The notes under the pieces: generated by a model
Told to the model about the DNA's origin: nothing
The model's input: only the letters and a program-made list of their open reading frames with translations
Database searches by the model: none
From: Mobula hypostoma
Taxonomy: Eukaryota
NCBI RefSeq assembly: GCF_963921235.1
Contig: NC_086097.1
Span: 231,076,001-231,140,000 of the forward strand
Reading direction: 5' to 3'
Length of the DNA: 64,000 nt
Made by a program: the position numbers and the translations under genes
Part shown: positions 52,926 through 64,000 of the stretch, piece by piece
Layout of the letters: the number at the start of each line of letters is the position of its first letter
Numbering within the stretch: position 1 is the stretch's first letter

Positions 52926-53277
52926 ATGTTCTTGAGCAATGTAATTACTGTCACCTTAGATCACACAAATTTCACAAATCAAAATAACGTTATAAATGCA
53001 AATCAGATGGATCATTGTTTTGACAGCAATCAGTTAACTGTCCATAATTGCCTGACCAAACTAATCTTTTCCCTCTTGCATGACACAAGATTAATTTGAC
53101 TTTCCAGATTAATTCAGAATGACACAAGTAATTCTCCAATTTCAGCACCTGCAAAGGCAGCTGTCACTAAGATCAATGCAGCATGCTTTTCAAGTGCGAG
53201 AAATTACACACTCCGCATTGCATTCTGCCTTACTCATTAAAAAACATGTATGTCACTCTCTCGTTGAGCTATCAGAC

Positions 53278-53413
53278 CTTTAGGAGGATACAATTTGTGG
53301 CTGGTCTTCTCACACCATCCCACTGGATGGATATCAGGTGAGTCACTGTTAATCCAGAAATCAAAACATTCAGAATATCCGTCAAAGTGGAGCCTCAGGC
53401 GAACACCGCATAC
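53278..53413 (-). CDS. L3MBTL: L3MBTL-family exon: VCGVRLRLHFDGYSECFDFWINSDSPDIHPVGWCEKTSHKLYPPK(G)
   Basis: 136 nt, phase 0-1. Acceptor tttctttccatcag, donor AAG|gtctga. Carries the LHFDG..DFW..DIHPVGW MBT core. Confidence 0.93.
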
Positions 53414-53789
53414 CTGATGGAAAGAAACAGTCAAGTTATCTACATAAATTTTTTTTTTAAAAAAATCACCAAGTGCTTGAAGGAACTATTTTAGTGGTCT
53501 ATGAATTCGACCCTGTATTTTTAATATGATTTGTTGTCGTGTCATTTTAAGCATTATCTCTATTATCAATAATAATTGGGACTGATTTTCCACTTTTACC
53601 CCTTGGCGCTAAATAGCCTAACCAGAGAGGACACAGGACATCTAGATGTCAAGGATCTCCAATCAAAAATCTGGAGGGCTCTATTATTGATGAGCTTTCC
53701 TCCTTATTGGAGTATTGCATTCAGCATCAATAAGTATTTAAAATTTGGCATGAAATCATAACAAGGTTTTATTTTGAATAAGAGCAGAT

Positions 53790-54650
53790 TAACATAGAAC
53801 ACATAAACTTTGCTCCACGTTGTCTGTGCCAACCATGATGCTAGTAATGCCATCTGCCTGGATATGTTTAGTATCCATCCATCCTCTGCATATGGCTGTC
53901 CGAATGTCAATGTAACCACTGTATTCGTTTTCACCACTTCCCGATAGTACGGTCCAGGACCAACTGCTCTCTGTGTAAAACAGACTTCTTTAAACATTCC
54001 CCCTCTCCCCCCCCTTCATAACTATACATGCTAGTATTCGACAGGTCTGTCCTGGGAAAATAGACTCTCATAATTACGCCTGCCTCTCGTAATTTACATA
54101 CTTCAATCAGGTTGCCTCTCAGTCTCCAATACTCTTGAGAAGACAATCCAAGTTTGTTTAACCACTACTTATAACTAATATTTTGCAATCTGGTGAATAT
54201 GCCAGTGAACTTCTCCTGCATTCTCTCCGAAGCTCCCACATCCTGTATTAACTAAGACTGCATATAAAACTCCAAATGTAGCCAAAACAAAGTTCAGCAG
54301 CATCTACAACATGATTTGCCAACAATTATACTTAACACTATGATAAGGCAAATGTGTCTATCTTCCTTATGACCCTATCTACTTGTGTTGACACTTTCAG
54401 GGAGCTATGGACTTGCACCTCAAGATCCCTTTGCACATCAAAACTCCTGCCACCTTCTATATACTTTCCTCTTGCATTTGTCCTCCGAACGTGCAACACC
54501 TCGCACGTGTCCAGATGAAACTGCAATTGCCATTTCTCCACTCATATTTTGAACTGATCTATATCCTACTGTATCCTTCGACAACCTTCCTCACTTTCCC
54601 ATCTCTGCCAGTTTTCAAAGTCATCTGCAGACCTATTACATTTTTGTCCA
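53790..54650 (-). mobile_element. Old CR1 fragment
   Basis: EKWQLQFH..CEVLH..QRDLEVQVHSSLKV remnant and CR1-like tail. Confidence 0.75.
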
Positions 54651-54946
54651 AATCATATGTCCCAGCAATGATCCTTCTAAAGACTGCATTTCAAATATCT
54701 TATTAGGCCATCACTGCCACCTAGAAACCTAAGGCACTTTAATCCAAGTATATAAATATGAAGTGTTATGGATGATTGATCTTCACCACCTTCTCTTATA
54801 AAGCAAGCTGGGGCTACTTAAGGTCACAGAGGCTAGCTTGATCTCTGACAACCATGCTAACAACACACATTTAAAAATATTAAAACCAGAGAAAATCAGT
54901 ACATAATTCTAACATTTATCCAGTAGATATTACATATATTTCTTAG

Positions 54947-55208
54947 TGTTGTGTATTTAATATTTCAATAATATTTGAATAATCTTGTATGTGTATGTGT
55001 AAATATATTTTTTTGAAAGAGCTTCTTGTTCATTTAAATAATTCATTACATGTTATATGTATAAATACATGAATTGCATACGTCATCAGGCTACCATGTT
55101 TTAGGTGCAAGCCTCGTTTAAAAGTAAACTTGAAGTTAGACCCACGTCCCCAGACTCCTGGGTCTTCCTTTGAATTAGTTTAATATTCTGGAGTTCGAAA
55201 ACCTAACA
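54947..55208 (+). mobile_element. Short solo LTR (262 bp) abutting an exon donor
   Basis: Termini tgttg...taaca, 5-bp flanks cttag (54942-54946) / cttac (55209-55213), internal tataaa and agtaaa. Confidence 0.6.
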
Positions 55209-55213
55209 CTTAC

Positions 55214-55318
55214 CTCTGCAACTGACAGCACACAGAACATGGAGGGATGTCGCGGGTCAATACCTTCCAGCTTCATGCCTACTTTAAATCCATTTTTGTT
55301 CTGGGGAACTAATTGAAA
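55214..55318 (-). CDS. L3MBTL: L3MBTL-family exon (MBT repeat 1): FQLVPQNKNGFKVGMKLEGIDPRHPSMFCVLSVAE
   Basis: 105 nt, phase 0-0. Acceptor ttttctttacag, donor GAG|gtaagt. The NGFKVGMKLEGIDP motif is MBT-typical. Paralogue (1/3/4) unresolved. Confidence 0.93.
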
Positions 55319-56679
55319 CTGTAAAGAAAAATATATTAGTCTTTCTTCTCCATAATTGGCTCCAATCATTGACAATGATTCACTGATATTTCAAAATAAC
55401 TATTCATCATCTACAACTCCATGCTAGAATTGTTTACATTGTTTAAAATGTCAATGCACATGACCTTGTACCTTACAATACAACATTTGGCAAAGACTTT
55501 ATCTATATTTAAGGCAGGGGTTGATAGGTTCTTGATTGCTCAGGGCATGGAGGGATAAGGGGAGAAGGCACGAGATTGGGGCCAAGAGGAAAATTGAATC
55601 AGCCATGATGAAATGGTGGAGCAGACTCGATGGGCCAAATGGACTAATTCTGTTTCCACATTCTATGGTCTTGCGGTCTTATTAAGTTAGCATTCTAAGA
55701 TACTTTGCATCAGGTCAGAGACAAACTATAATTTCTCTACCTTCTGCGTAACACCAGCCTAGAATTCCTAGGTGGAATAAAGCCCACAATTGCACTCAGC
55801 GCCCATCTCAGCAATCAATAAGGGAGATATCTATACTCAGCTACTCAAAGATCACCTTCCTGAGTAGTGTGCGAGAGGGAGTAAACCTTAACCTCCCCTC
55901 ACCTCCGCAGCAGTTACTCCATTTCCTTCCTCAATGCCCATTCTTCTGTAATAATGGCACCTGAAAAATCAAGACCTCTCATGGCACGGAAGGCCATTCA
56001 GCCCATCAAGTCTGTGTTAGCTCAGTGCAATCCCATTAGCCCCATAACCCTATTTCCCACTCCATCAACTCCTGCCACCCATCTATACTCGGGGTGATTC
56101 ACAGTGGCCAATGAACCTATGGGATAGGAGATAAACCTATGGAGTTTGGTTTAAACCTATGGAGTAAACCTATGGATAAACCACTGGAGTTGGTCACAAG
56201 CAGAACGTGCAAACTCCACACACTGAGACCAGATCTGCCTTTCAATGCACTCTGGCCTTACTGCCTGCTGTGCTATGATGCGCTGAAAGAACAGTTTTCA
56301 GAGAAACTGAGCTTATTGGTGATCACATCCTGGAACTTACTATTCCCTTCTGTTTGGTTCATTTGCTCAGCCACAAAGGCACGGTCAGCATCACCAAACT
56401 GCTGCATATTTTACAGAATATTTCAAAAAGCTTTCATTTTTTACATAGTACTTTGCATTGTTAACACTTCCATCACAATTTTACTATCTATTTATTTATT
56501 GCAATATAACACAGAATAGGCCCTTCCGGCCCCTCGGCCACACCACCCAGCAACCCCCGGTTTAAACCTAGCCTAACCATTGGACAGTTTAAAATGACCA
56601 ATTTAACCTTCCAACTGGTACGTCTCTGGACTGTGGGAGGAATCTGGAGAAAATACCAGATGATTGACAGGACACATTT

Positions 56680-59600
56680 TAACAGAGGCGGATCCGATGG
56701 CCTGCAGCTAACATGATTTCACTGTGGAAGCAGTTTGATGAAGATGTCAACCAAATTCTGGAGGCGGCGGCGAAGGGAGGGGTCGATAGGGAGCTGCAAG
56801 CCATGACAACAATCATTGTCAGCATCGCAGCTGAACGGTTCGGAGAAGAGGAGAAGGAAGGCTCCAAAACATCTTACTCGAAGAACCAAAGAGCGTTGAG
56901 GATCCACAACATCAGGCAGGAGATGAAAGTGCTGAAGTCCCAACACAAGGAGGCAGGAGAAGAGGAGAGCATGGCTTGGCCCAGCTGATGTGCATACTAC
57001 GAAAGAAGATCAGGGTCCTCCGCCGGGCAGATTGACGTCGGAGGTGGCATCATGAAAGGGCCCAAAAACATGCTACCTTTGTCGCCAACACCTTCAAGTT
57101 CACCAAGGAGTTGCTGGGGGAGAAGCGCAGAGGGAAACTGGCCTGTTTGCAGGAAGACATAGACCAACATCTGAAGAAGATATATAGTGATCCTGAAAGA
57201 GAGCAGGAGTTGGGAGAGTGCAACATCCTAATAGATCCACCTGAACCAGATGTGCAGTTCGATATGTCAGAGCTGCGGCTAAAGGAAGTCAGAGAGGTCG
57301 TCTGCAAAGCAAGGGCAAGCTCGGCTCCAGGACCAAGCAACACCTCGTACAAAGTGTACAAGAACTGCCCCAAACTCCTGCTGTGTCTGTGGAAGATCCT
57401 GAGAATCTTCTGGAGAAGGGGGAAGATCCCAGAATGGTGGCAAGTGGCTGAAGGGGTGTGGATCCCGAAGGAGGAAAATGCCACCCAGATAGACCAGTTT
57501 CGCATCATCTCCCTGCTGTGTGTCGAGGTGAAGATCTTCTTCAGTGCTGTTTCTAATCGGCTGTGCACCTACCTAGCAAAGAACACCTATATTGATACAT
57601 CAGTCCAGAAGGGAGGCATTTCAGGGATGCCGGGCTGTCTGGAGCACATCAGTGTGGTGACACAGCTCATCAGGGAAGCCAGAGAGAACAAGGGCAACCT
57701 GTTAGTGTTGTGGCTCGACCTGGCAAATGCATATGGCTCCATTCTGCACAAGCTGGTGCAGCTCACACTGACCAAATATCATGTCCCCAGCAGAAACAGA
57801 GACCTTATCGTTGATTATTACAGCAACTTCAGGATGAGGGTCTCTTCAGGAGTAATTACATCAGCCTGGCACAAGGTGGAGATCGGCATCATCACAGGGT
57901 GCACTATCTCAGTGACACTGTTCTCCGTAGCCATGAACATGCTCACTAAGTCTGCTGAGCCAGAGTGCAGAGGGCCCAGAATGAATTCCGCTCAACTGCA
58001 GCCACCTATCAGGGCATTCATGGACGACCTCACAGTCACCACCGAATCAGTCCCAGGCTGCCGGTGGATTCTGCAAGGGCTCGAAAAGCTGGTGGAGTGG
58101 GCCCGGATGCGTTTCCAACCTGCCAAATCAAGATCAATGGTGTTGAGGAAAGGGAAGGTGGAGAACAAGTTCCAGTTCAGCATCGCAGACACAGCCATCC
58201 CAACCATCGCAGAAAAGCCAGCCAACAGCTTAAGCAAGGTTTTTGACAGCTCTTTAAGGGACACGACATCCATTCAGATGACCTGCACCGAGTTGGATGG
58301 CTGACTGAAATCTGTGGACAAGTCTGGCCTACCTGGGAAGTTTAAAGCCTGGGTGTATCAGCATGGCATTCTTCCCAGAATCCTGTGGCCCCTCCTCATC
58401 TATGCAGTTCCGATCTCGACAGTCGAAACCTTAGAGAGGAGGGTTAGCAACCACCTCAGGAGATGGCTGGGGCTGCCAAAGAGCCTGAGCAGCATCGCAC
58501 TCTATGGACACCACAACAAACTGCAACTGCCCTTCAAATCCTTGGAGGAAGAATTCAAGGTAAAAAGAGCCAGAGAAGTGCTACAGTATAGGGACTCAAG
58601 TGACCCAAAGGTGGCTAGAGCAGGGATCCAAGTGAGGACTGGCAGGAAGTGGAGGGCAGAGGAAGCTGTTCAGGAAGCAGAGGCGAGGCTGCATCACAGG
58701 AGGCTGGTTGGAGTAGTCACACGAGGCCGAGCTGGGCTGGGATCCTTTCCAACTCCCCAAATGGACACCAGAGGGAAGGAAAGGCATCGTCTAGTTCAGG
58801 AGGAGGTGAGAACAGTAGTGGAAGAGATGAGAGCCTGCAAGGTGGTGGGAATGAAGCAAGAGGGAGCTTGGACAAGATGGGAGAATGCGGTTGAGAGGAA
58901 AGTGACCTGGGCAGATCTTTGGAAAGCCGAACCACACTGCATCCAATTTCTCTTCCAGGCAGTGTACGATGTGCTTCCAAGCCCATCAAACCTGCACACA
59001 TGGGGTAAGCAGAGTCATCTGCGTGCCCGCTGTTCTCCAAGTGAGGAACCCTGGAGTACATCCTCAGACGCTGCGCAAGGGCACTTGGTGAGGGACGGTA
59101 CAGGTGGAGGCATGATCAGGTCCTGAAGACCATCGCTGAAGCCATCAATGCAGGAGTTGAGTGGGCGAAGCGGTCCGGACCCTCCAAGCAGACCATTGCC
59201 TTTGTCAGAGCTGGGGAGCAGCCAATACCCACCAAAAGAACATCTGCAGGCATCCTGACCTCTGCAAGCTGTTGGTGGACCTCGAAGGGCAGCTGAAGTT
59301 CCCCAACCATATCGCAGCCACCACCCTGCTACCAGACATTGTCCAAGTGTCTGAGTCTACTAAGCAAGTGGTGCTGCTGGAGCTGACAGTCCCATGGGAA
59401 GATCGCTTGGAAGAGGCCTTTGAAAGGAAGCTCTCCAAGTACACAGGACTGGTCAGCAACTGTCAGCAGGCTGGATGGAGAGCGAGGTGTCTCCCAGTGG
59501 AGGGTGATTGTAGGGGACTCATAGCCCGTTCTTTAGTTAGAGCCTTCAGCATTTTGGGTATCGAGGGAGAGAGGAAGAGGAGAGCCATCCGCAGTACCAC

Positions 59601-59800
59601 CGATGCGGCAGAGAGGGCCTCAAGATGGTTGTGGCTAAAAAGAGGGGAGCCATGGAGTCATAAGTAGCTAGCCATCTGGACACAAGCTGGGGTCTGATCA
59701 GGCCCGGCTGGGTCACTTGGAGGAGGTTGTATGATGTTGAAAGACCTGAAACACCCGATGATTCCAGGAACATCACTGAAGATGTGTCCAGAGGCAACAG
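56680..59800 (+). mobile_element. Restriction-like-endonuclease (RLE) non-LTR retrotransposon, HERO-like, 5'-truncated and lightly mutated
   Basis: RT with APGP, FRIISLL, WLDLANAYGS, GIITGCTIS and AFMDD; degenerate Zn knuckle CPL....LEYILRRC plus RWRHDQVL; endonuclease PDIV..KQVVLLELTVPWE..FERKLSKY; stop at 59665-59667; structured 3'UTR. Confidence 0.88.
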
Positions 59801-60899
59801 TAGATGTATGTACACAGCTAACTGAATACGAAGCGTTGTATTACAGGTCATATAGACTTAGAAGATCATTTTCTCCCCCACCTGGAGATTGTTAATCAAG
59901 TGATTTGAATTCTTTCATGTTATTCAAATTTGCGAGGCAGAAAGTAAACAAGGAATTCACAGTAGCCAATTACTTGAGAAGCACAATTGTTTAGCCTGTA
60001 TTCAAGGAAATTAACCAGTAATATGCATTATATCCATAAACAAGAGATAGTCGAAGGACCTGATAATATTTCATGATTAGGCCTATCCAGTATGTGAACA
60101 AATTGTAATTGTTATCAGCTTAAAGGAAGCTATCCACACAGATTCAACTGGTTCAGAGCTTTAATTCCCCCTCTCCTGCCAATAAATGCAATCATTGCAT
60201 TGAACAATAGTATAACCACAAATTCAAAGAATCTTAGACTACACAAACCAGGAAACAGGAAAGTACATCTGTTAGATTTTTTTAAATGGATATACCTAAA
60301 TAAAATAGGACATCTAGGTGCATGGCAGTAAAAAAAATCAGAAGCTAATTTCAAGATGTTATTTTAAAATCTATCAAGTTTAAAAGTAAATATTTTGAGT
60401 AAAATAGACTCACACACACAAAATTACTCATTGGTGCCTCAGTGTGGCATTTAAGGATAATATTTATGTATCAAGCTCCAATTTTTCAGTTGTTGAAATG
60501 AGGACAGGATGTAAAAATTCCAGAATCATTCATAGTGAGTCAAAGCAAAGTGATTTTCTGATTTAATTGTTGACACCTCCGCTGTACAGAGACACGATCA
60601 AAAAAAAAGATGAGTGGCGGAGGGTGGTGAGTCAGTGGATTCGTTGCCACAGGGCGGCTGTCACTGGATCAGGTCACAAGGCTTATTTAAGGCGGAAGCT
60701 GATAGGTTTTTGATTAGTCTGGGCATGAAATGTTATGGGGAGAAGGCAGGAGAATGGGGTTGAGAGGGAAATGGATCTGCCATGATGGAATGGCAGAGCA
60801 GACCCAATGGGCCAGATGGCCTAATTTCTGCTGCAATGTCTTATGACATGACTGAAAAAGTGACAGAGGGCTAAAGTGTAGATGTGAGTGGAGAATAAG

Positions 60900-62177
60900 A
60901 TTAGGAAAATCATGTCTGACGAATCTCATAGAATTTTTTGAGGATGTAACTAGTAGAGTGGATAGGGGAGAACCAGTGGATGTGGTATATTTGGATTTTC
61001 AAAAGGCTTTTGACAAGGTCCCACATAGGAGATTAGTGTGCAAACTTAAAGCACACGGTATTGGGGGTAAGGTATTGGTGTGGGTGGAGAATGGCAGACA
61101 GGAAGCAAAGAGTGGGAATAAACGGGACCTTTTCAGAATGGCAGGCGGTGACTAGTGGGGTACCGCAAGGCTCAGTGCTGGGACCCCAGTTGTTTACAAT
61201 ATATATTAATGACTTGGATGAGGGAATTAAATGCAGCATCTCCAAGTTTGCGGATGACACAAAGCTGGGTGGCAGTGTTAGCAGTGAGGAGGATGCTAAG
61301 AGGATGCAGGGTGACTCGGATAGGTTGGGTGAGTGGGCAAACTCATGGCAGATGCAATTTAATGTGGATAAATGTGAAGTTATCCACTTTGGTGGCAAAA
61401 ATAGGAAAACAGATTATTATCTGAATGGTGGCCGATTAGGAAAAGGGGAGGTGCAACGAGACCTGGGTGTCATTATACACCAGTCATTGAAAGTGGGCAT
61501 GCAGGTACAGCAGGCGGTGAAAAAAGGCGAATGGTATGCTGGCATTTATAGCGAGAGGATTCGAGTACAGGAGCAGGGAGGTACTACTGCAGTTGTACAA
61601 GGCCTTAGTGAGACCACACCTGGAGTATTGTGTGCAGTTTTGGTCCCCTAATCTGAGGAAAGACATCTTTGCCATAGAGGGAGTACAAAGAAGGTTCACC
61701 AGATTGATTCCTGGGATGGCAGGTCTTTCATATGAAGAAAGACTGGATGAACTGGGCTTGTACTCGTTGGAATTTAGAAGATTGAGGGGGGATCTGATTG
61801 AAACGTATAAGATCCTAAAGGGATTGGACAGGCTAGATGCGGGAAGATTGTTCCCGATGTTGGGGAGGTCTAGAACGAGGGGTCACAGTTTGAGGATAGA
61901 GGGGAAGCCTTTTAGGACCGAGGTTAGGAAAAACTTCTTCACACAGAGAGTGGTGAATCTGTGGAATTCTCTGCCACAGCAAACTGTTGAGGCCAGTTCA
62001 TTAGCTATGTTTAAAAGGAAGTTAGATATGGCCCTTGTGGCTACAGGGGTCAGGGGGTATGGAGGGAAGGCTGGGTTCTGAGTTGGATGATCAGCCATGA
62101 TCATAATAAATGGCGGTGCAGGCTCGAAGGGCCGAATGGCCTACTCCTGCACCTATTTTCTATGTTTCTATGTTTCT
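60900..62177 (+). mobile_element. Young CR1 fragment (two frameshifts)
   Basis: DFQKAFDKV, GVPQGSVLGP, FADD, TRGHS; tail ttctatgtttctatgtttct. Confidence 0.94.
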
Positions 62178-63202
62178 AAAAGACAAGGGTAAGGTTCTGA
62201 TAAATCATAAACAAATTTAATCAGAAGAGAAAGAGAAGGAATAAGCTGATGAACACAGTGATGTAGAAAGGGAAACATCACAAATGAATGCAAGAAGTGT
62301 TTTTAAACAGAACACTTAGAAGCATAAATGAATGTTGAGTGACATAATATCTGAGCTACTTGGGAATATTATAGTCCAGGAGAAAAGAGAAGTAAAAAAG
62401 GGAAACTGTTAGGACGTGAGGATATTACGGATGTTGAATTAGTACAAAATCCAATTTGAATGAGTTGAGAAAGAACAGGGTATGAATATTTGTGCATTAC
62501 AAGTAAACTTTATCATTGACAACAATAAGCAAAAATAAAAATAACAAATGCTGAGTATGTTTTGCAAGGAAGATAGACGAAACAGGTTAACAATTTTAAA
62601 TGCACTCAAGCTACTTACTATGCAGATTGAAGAGCAAAATTGCCAGGAAATTAAACTAAACAAACAATTATTACAAAAATGGTCCTCTGGTACCTCACTT
62701 GTATCTAGCAAAGACAGAAAAATATCTAACACAGTCCCAGAAATTTCATCTTTGCTTTCCCACGACATCCGAGGATTCACACGGGCTGGCCCCAGAGATT
62801 TTCGTGCCCTAAGACCGCCCCAACTCCTCTTTCATAATGGAACCATCATTCAGTACTCTTTCCTGAACACCAGTAACTTCTATGACCTTCTTTATAGTAA
62901 ATACAGATGAAATTTATTCATTTAAGACCTACTCATTCCCATGGCTCCACGCATAGCAACCATGCTGGGTCCTTAAGCAAACCTTTTCTCTCCCTATTTA
63001 TACCATTGTAGGCATAATATACGGAGTTTTCCAGAATTCTTTTTGAATTTTGCGTTGGCTTGTGCTGAGCCTTGCAGGTGGTTGTCTTGGTAAAAGAGCA
63101 GCGTTGTGTGTAGCAGTTAGTGCCAGCAATTGGCTATCAGGGTTCAGTTCCCACTGCTGTCTGTATGTGGGTTTCCTCTGGGTGCTCCAGATTCCTCCTG
63201 CA

Positions 63203-63664
63203 TTCTTTCTTTTTAAATCTTTATATTAAATTTTCAAAATTATAAACACAGTAACAATGTTGATACAAAGAGATTGGAATAACCTTAATAAACATATACA
63301 AAAAAGATTTTAAGTAACAGGGATAATAGACTTCCAAACTCATAATGAAATTAGACATATAAAAAAAGAAATAAAAAGAAAAAAAATATAGAATACTAAA
63401 CCCAAAAAAAAACAGAACAGGGCTAGACCAATATCTTGAATCAGTCATGTTCAATAATGTCGTTAACTCTGCTCCTCTATTCATATAATTTAAGTTAATA
63501 AAAAAGATTTGGAAAGGTCAAATTACATCATATGAAAATGTTGCATAAAAGGTTTCCAAGTTTCTTCAAATTTAACCGAAGGATCGAAAATATCACTTCT
63601 AGTTTTTTCTAATTTTAAACTTAATATAGTTTGAGAAAACCATTGGAATGTAGCAGGAGGATTC
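63203..63664 (-). mobile_element. L1-clade LINE 3' end (ORF2 C-terminus, 3'UTR, A-rich tail)
   Basis: Hand translation NPPATFQWFSQTILSLKLEKTRSDIFDPSVKFEETWKPFMQHFHMM*, stop at 63523-63525. T-rich UTR and A-rich tail at ~63203-63214. Confidence 0.8.
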
Positions 63665-64000
63665 AATAAAATGGGATAAATTTTTTCAATTAGTTATATG
63701 TGCTAAACATACATTAATACAATTTAAAGTAGTGCATAGAGCCCATATATCCAAAGATAAATTAGCCCATTTTTATTCCCATATAAACCCTATTTGTGAT
63801 AGATGTCACTCTGAGGTGTCTTCTTTAACTCACATGTTTTGGTCCTGTCCTCTTTTGGAAAAATATTGGAAAGATATTTTTGATATTATTTCAACAGTTC
63901 TATGCTTTGATTTACAACCCCATCCTATTACGGCAATTTTTGGATTGCCAATGGTAGAACATAGATCTTTGTCTTCTTCAGCCTGTCGGATAATAGCATT
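63665..64000 (+). mobile_element. L1-clade ORF2 zinc-knuckle segment, inverted relative to the adjoining 3' end
   Basis: Open frame to the window edge: KWDKFFQLVICAKHTLIQFKVVHRAH...CDRCHSEVSSLTHMFWSCPLLEKYW...PITAIFG...RIIA (CX2CX8HX4C). Confidence 0.85.

Noticed and set aside
56668..56690. TSD or inverted ends for the HERO-like element (cagaggc direct, ggacacat inverted)
   Set aside because: Matches are only 7-8 bp and cagaggc lies within the element's own reading frame (QRRIRWP); not distinguishable from chance.
236..63484. Remaining 60-170 aa ORFs in the track
   Set aside because: They are antisense or alternate frames of TEs or random AT-rich ORFs, mostly with non-ATG starts and no domain signal.

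Overview
This is vertebrate genomic DNA, most likely from a cartilaginous fish such as a ray or shark. That is an inference from the CR1-dominated repeat landscape together with Rex/Babar LINEs, Penelope elements and tRNA-SINEs. The whole window appears to lie inside one minus-strand gene of the L3MBTL1/3/4 (lethal(3)malignant brain tumour-like, MBT methyl-lysine reader) family. Five phase-compatible exons (55214-55318, 53278-53413, 50388-50479, 33581-33732, 30907-30983) splice into a continuous ~187-aa stretch covering MBT repeats 1-2; I found no flanking exons in the window. The introns are mostly nested transposon relics: many CR1 copies, Rex/Babar and RTE derivatives, a ~3.1 kb RLE-type (HERO-like) retrotransposon, an L1 with a 5'-inversion, Penelope fragments carrying decayed hammerhead motifs, Tc1, hAT/Buster and Tigger DNA transposons, and several solo LTRs. 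Nearly all ORFs in the track are TE fragments or their antisense shadows. I cannot support a genuinely new biological system here. The most notable local structures are a solo LTR whose target duplication is the exon's GTAAG donor, the inverted L1, the HERO-like element, the hammerhead remnants and a LINE-born minisatellite recording CpG decay. TE boundaries are approximate unless TSDs or TIRs are quoted.
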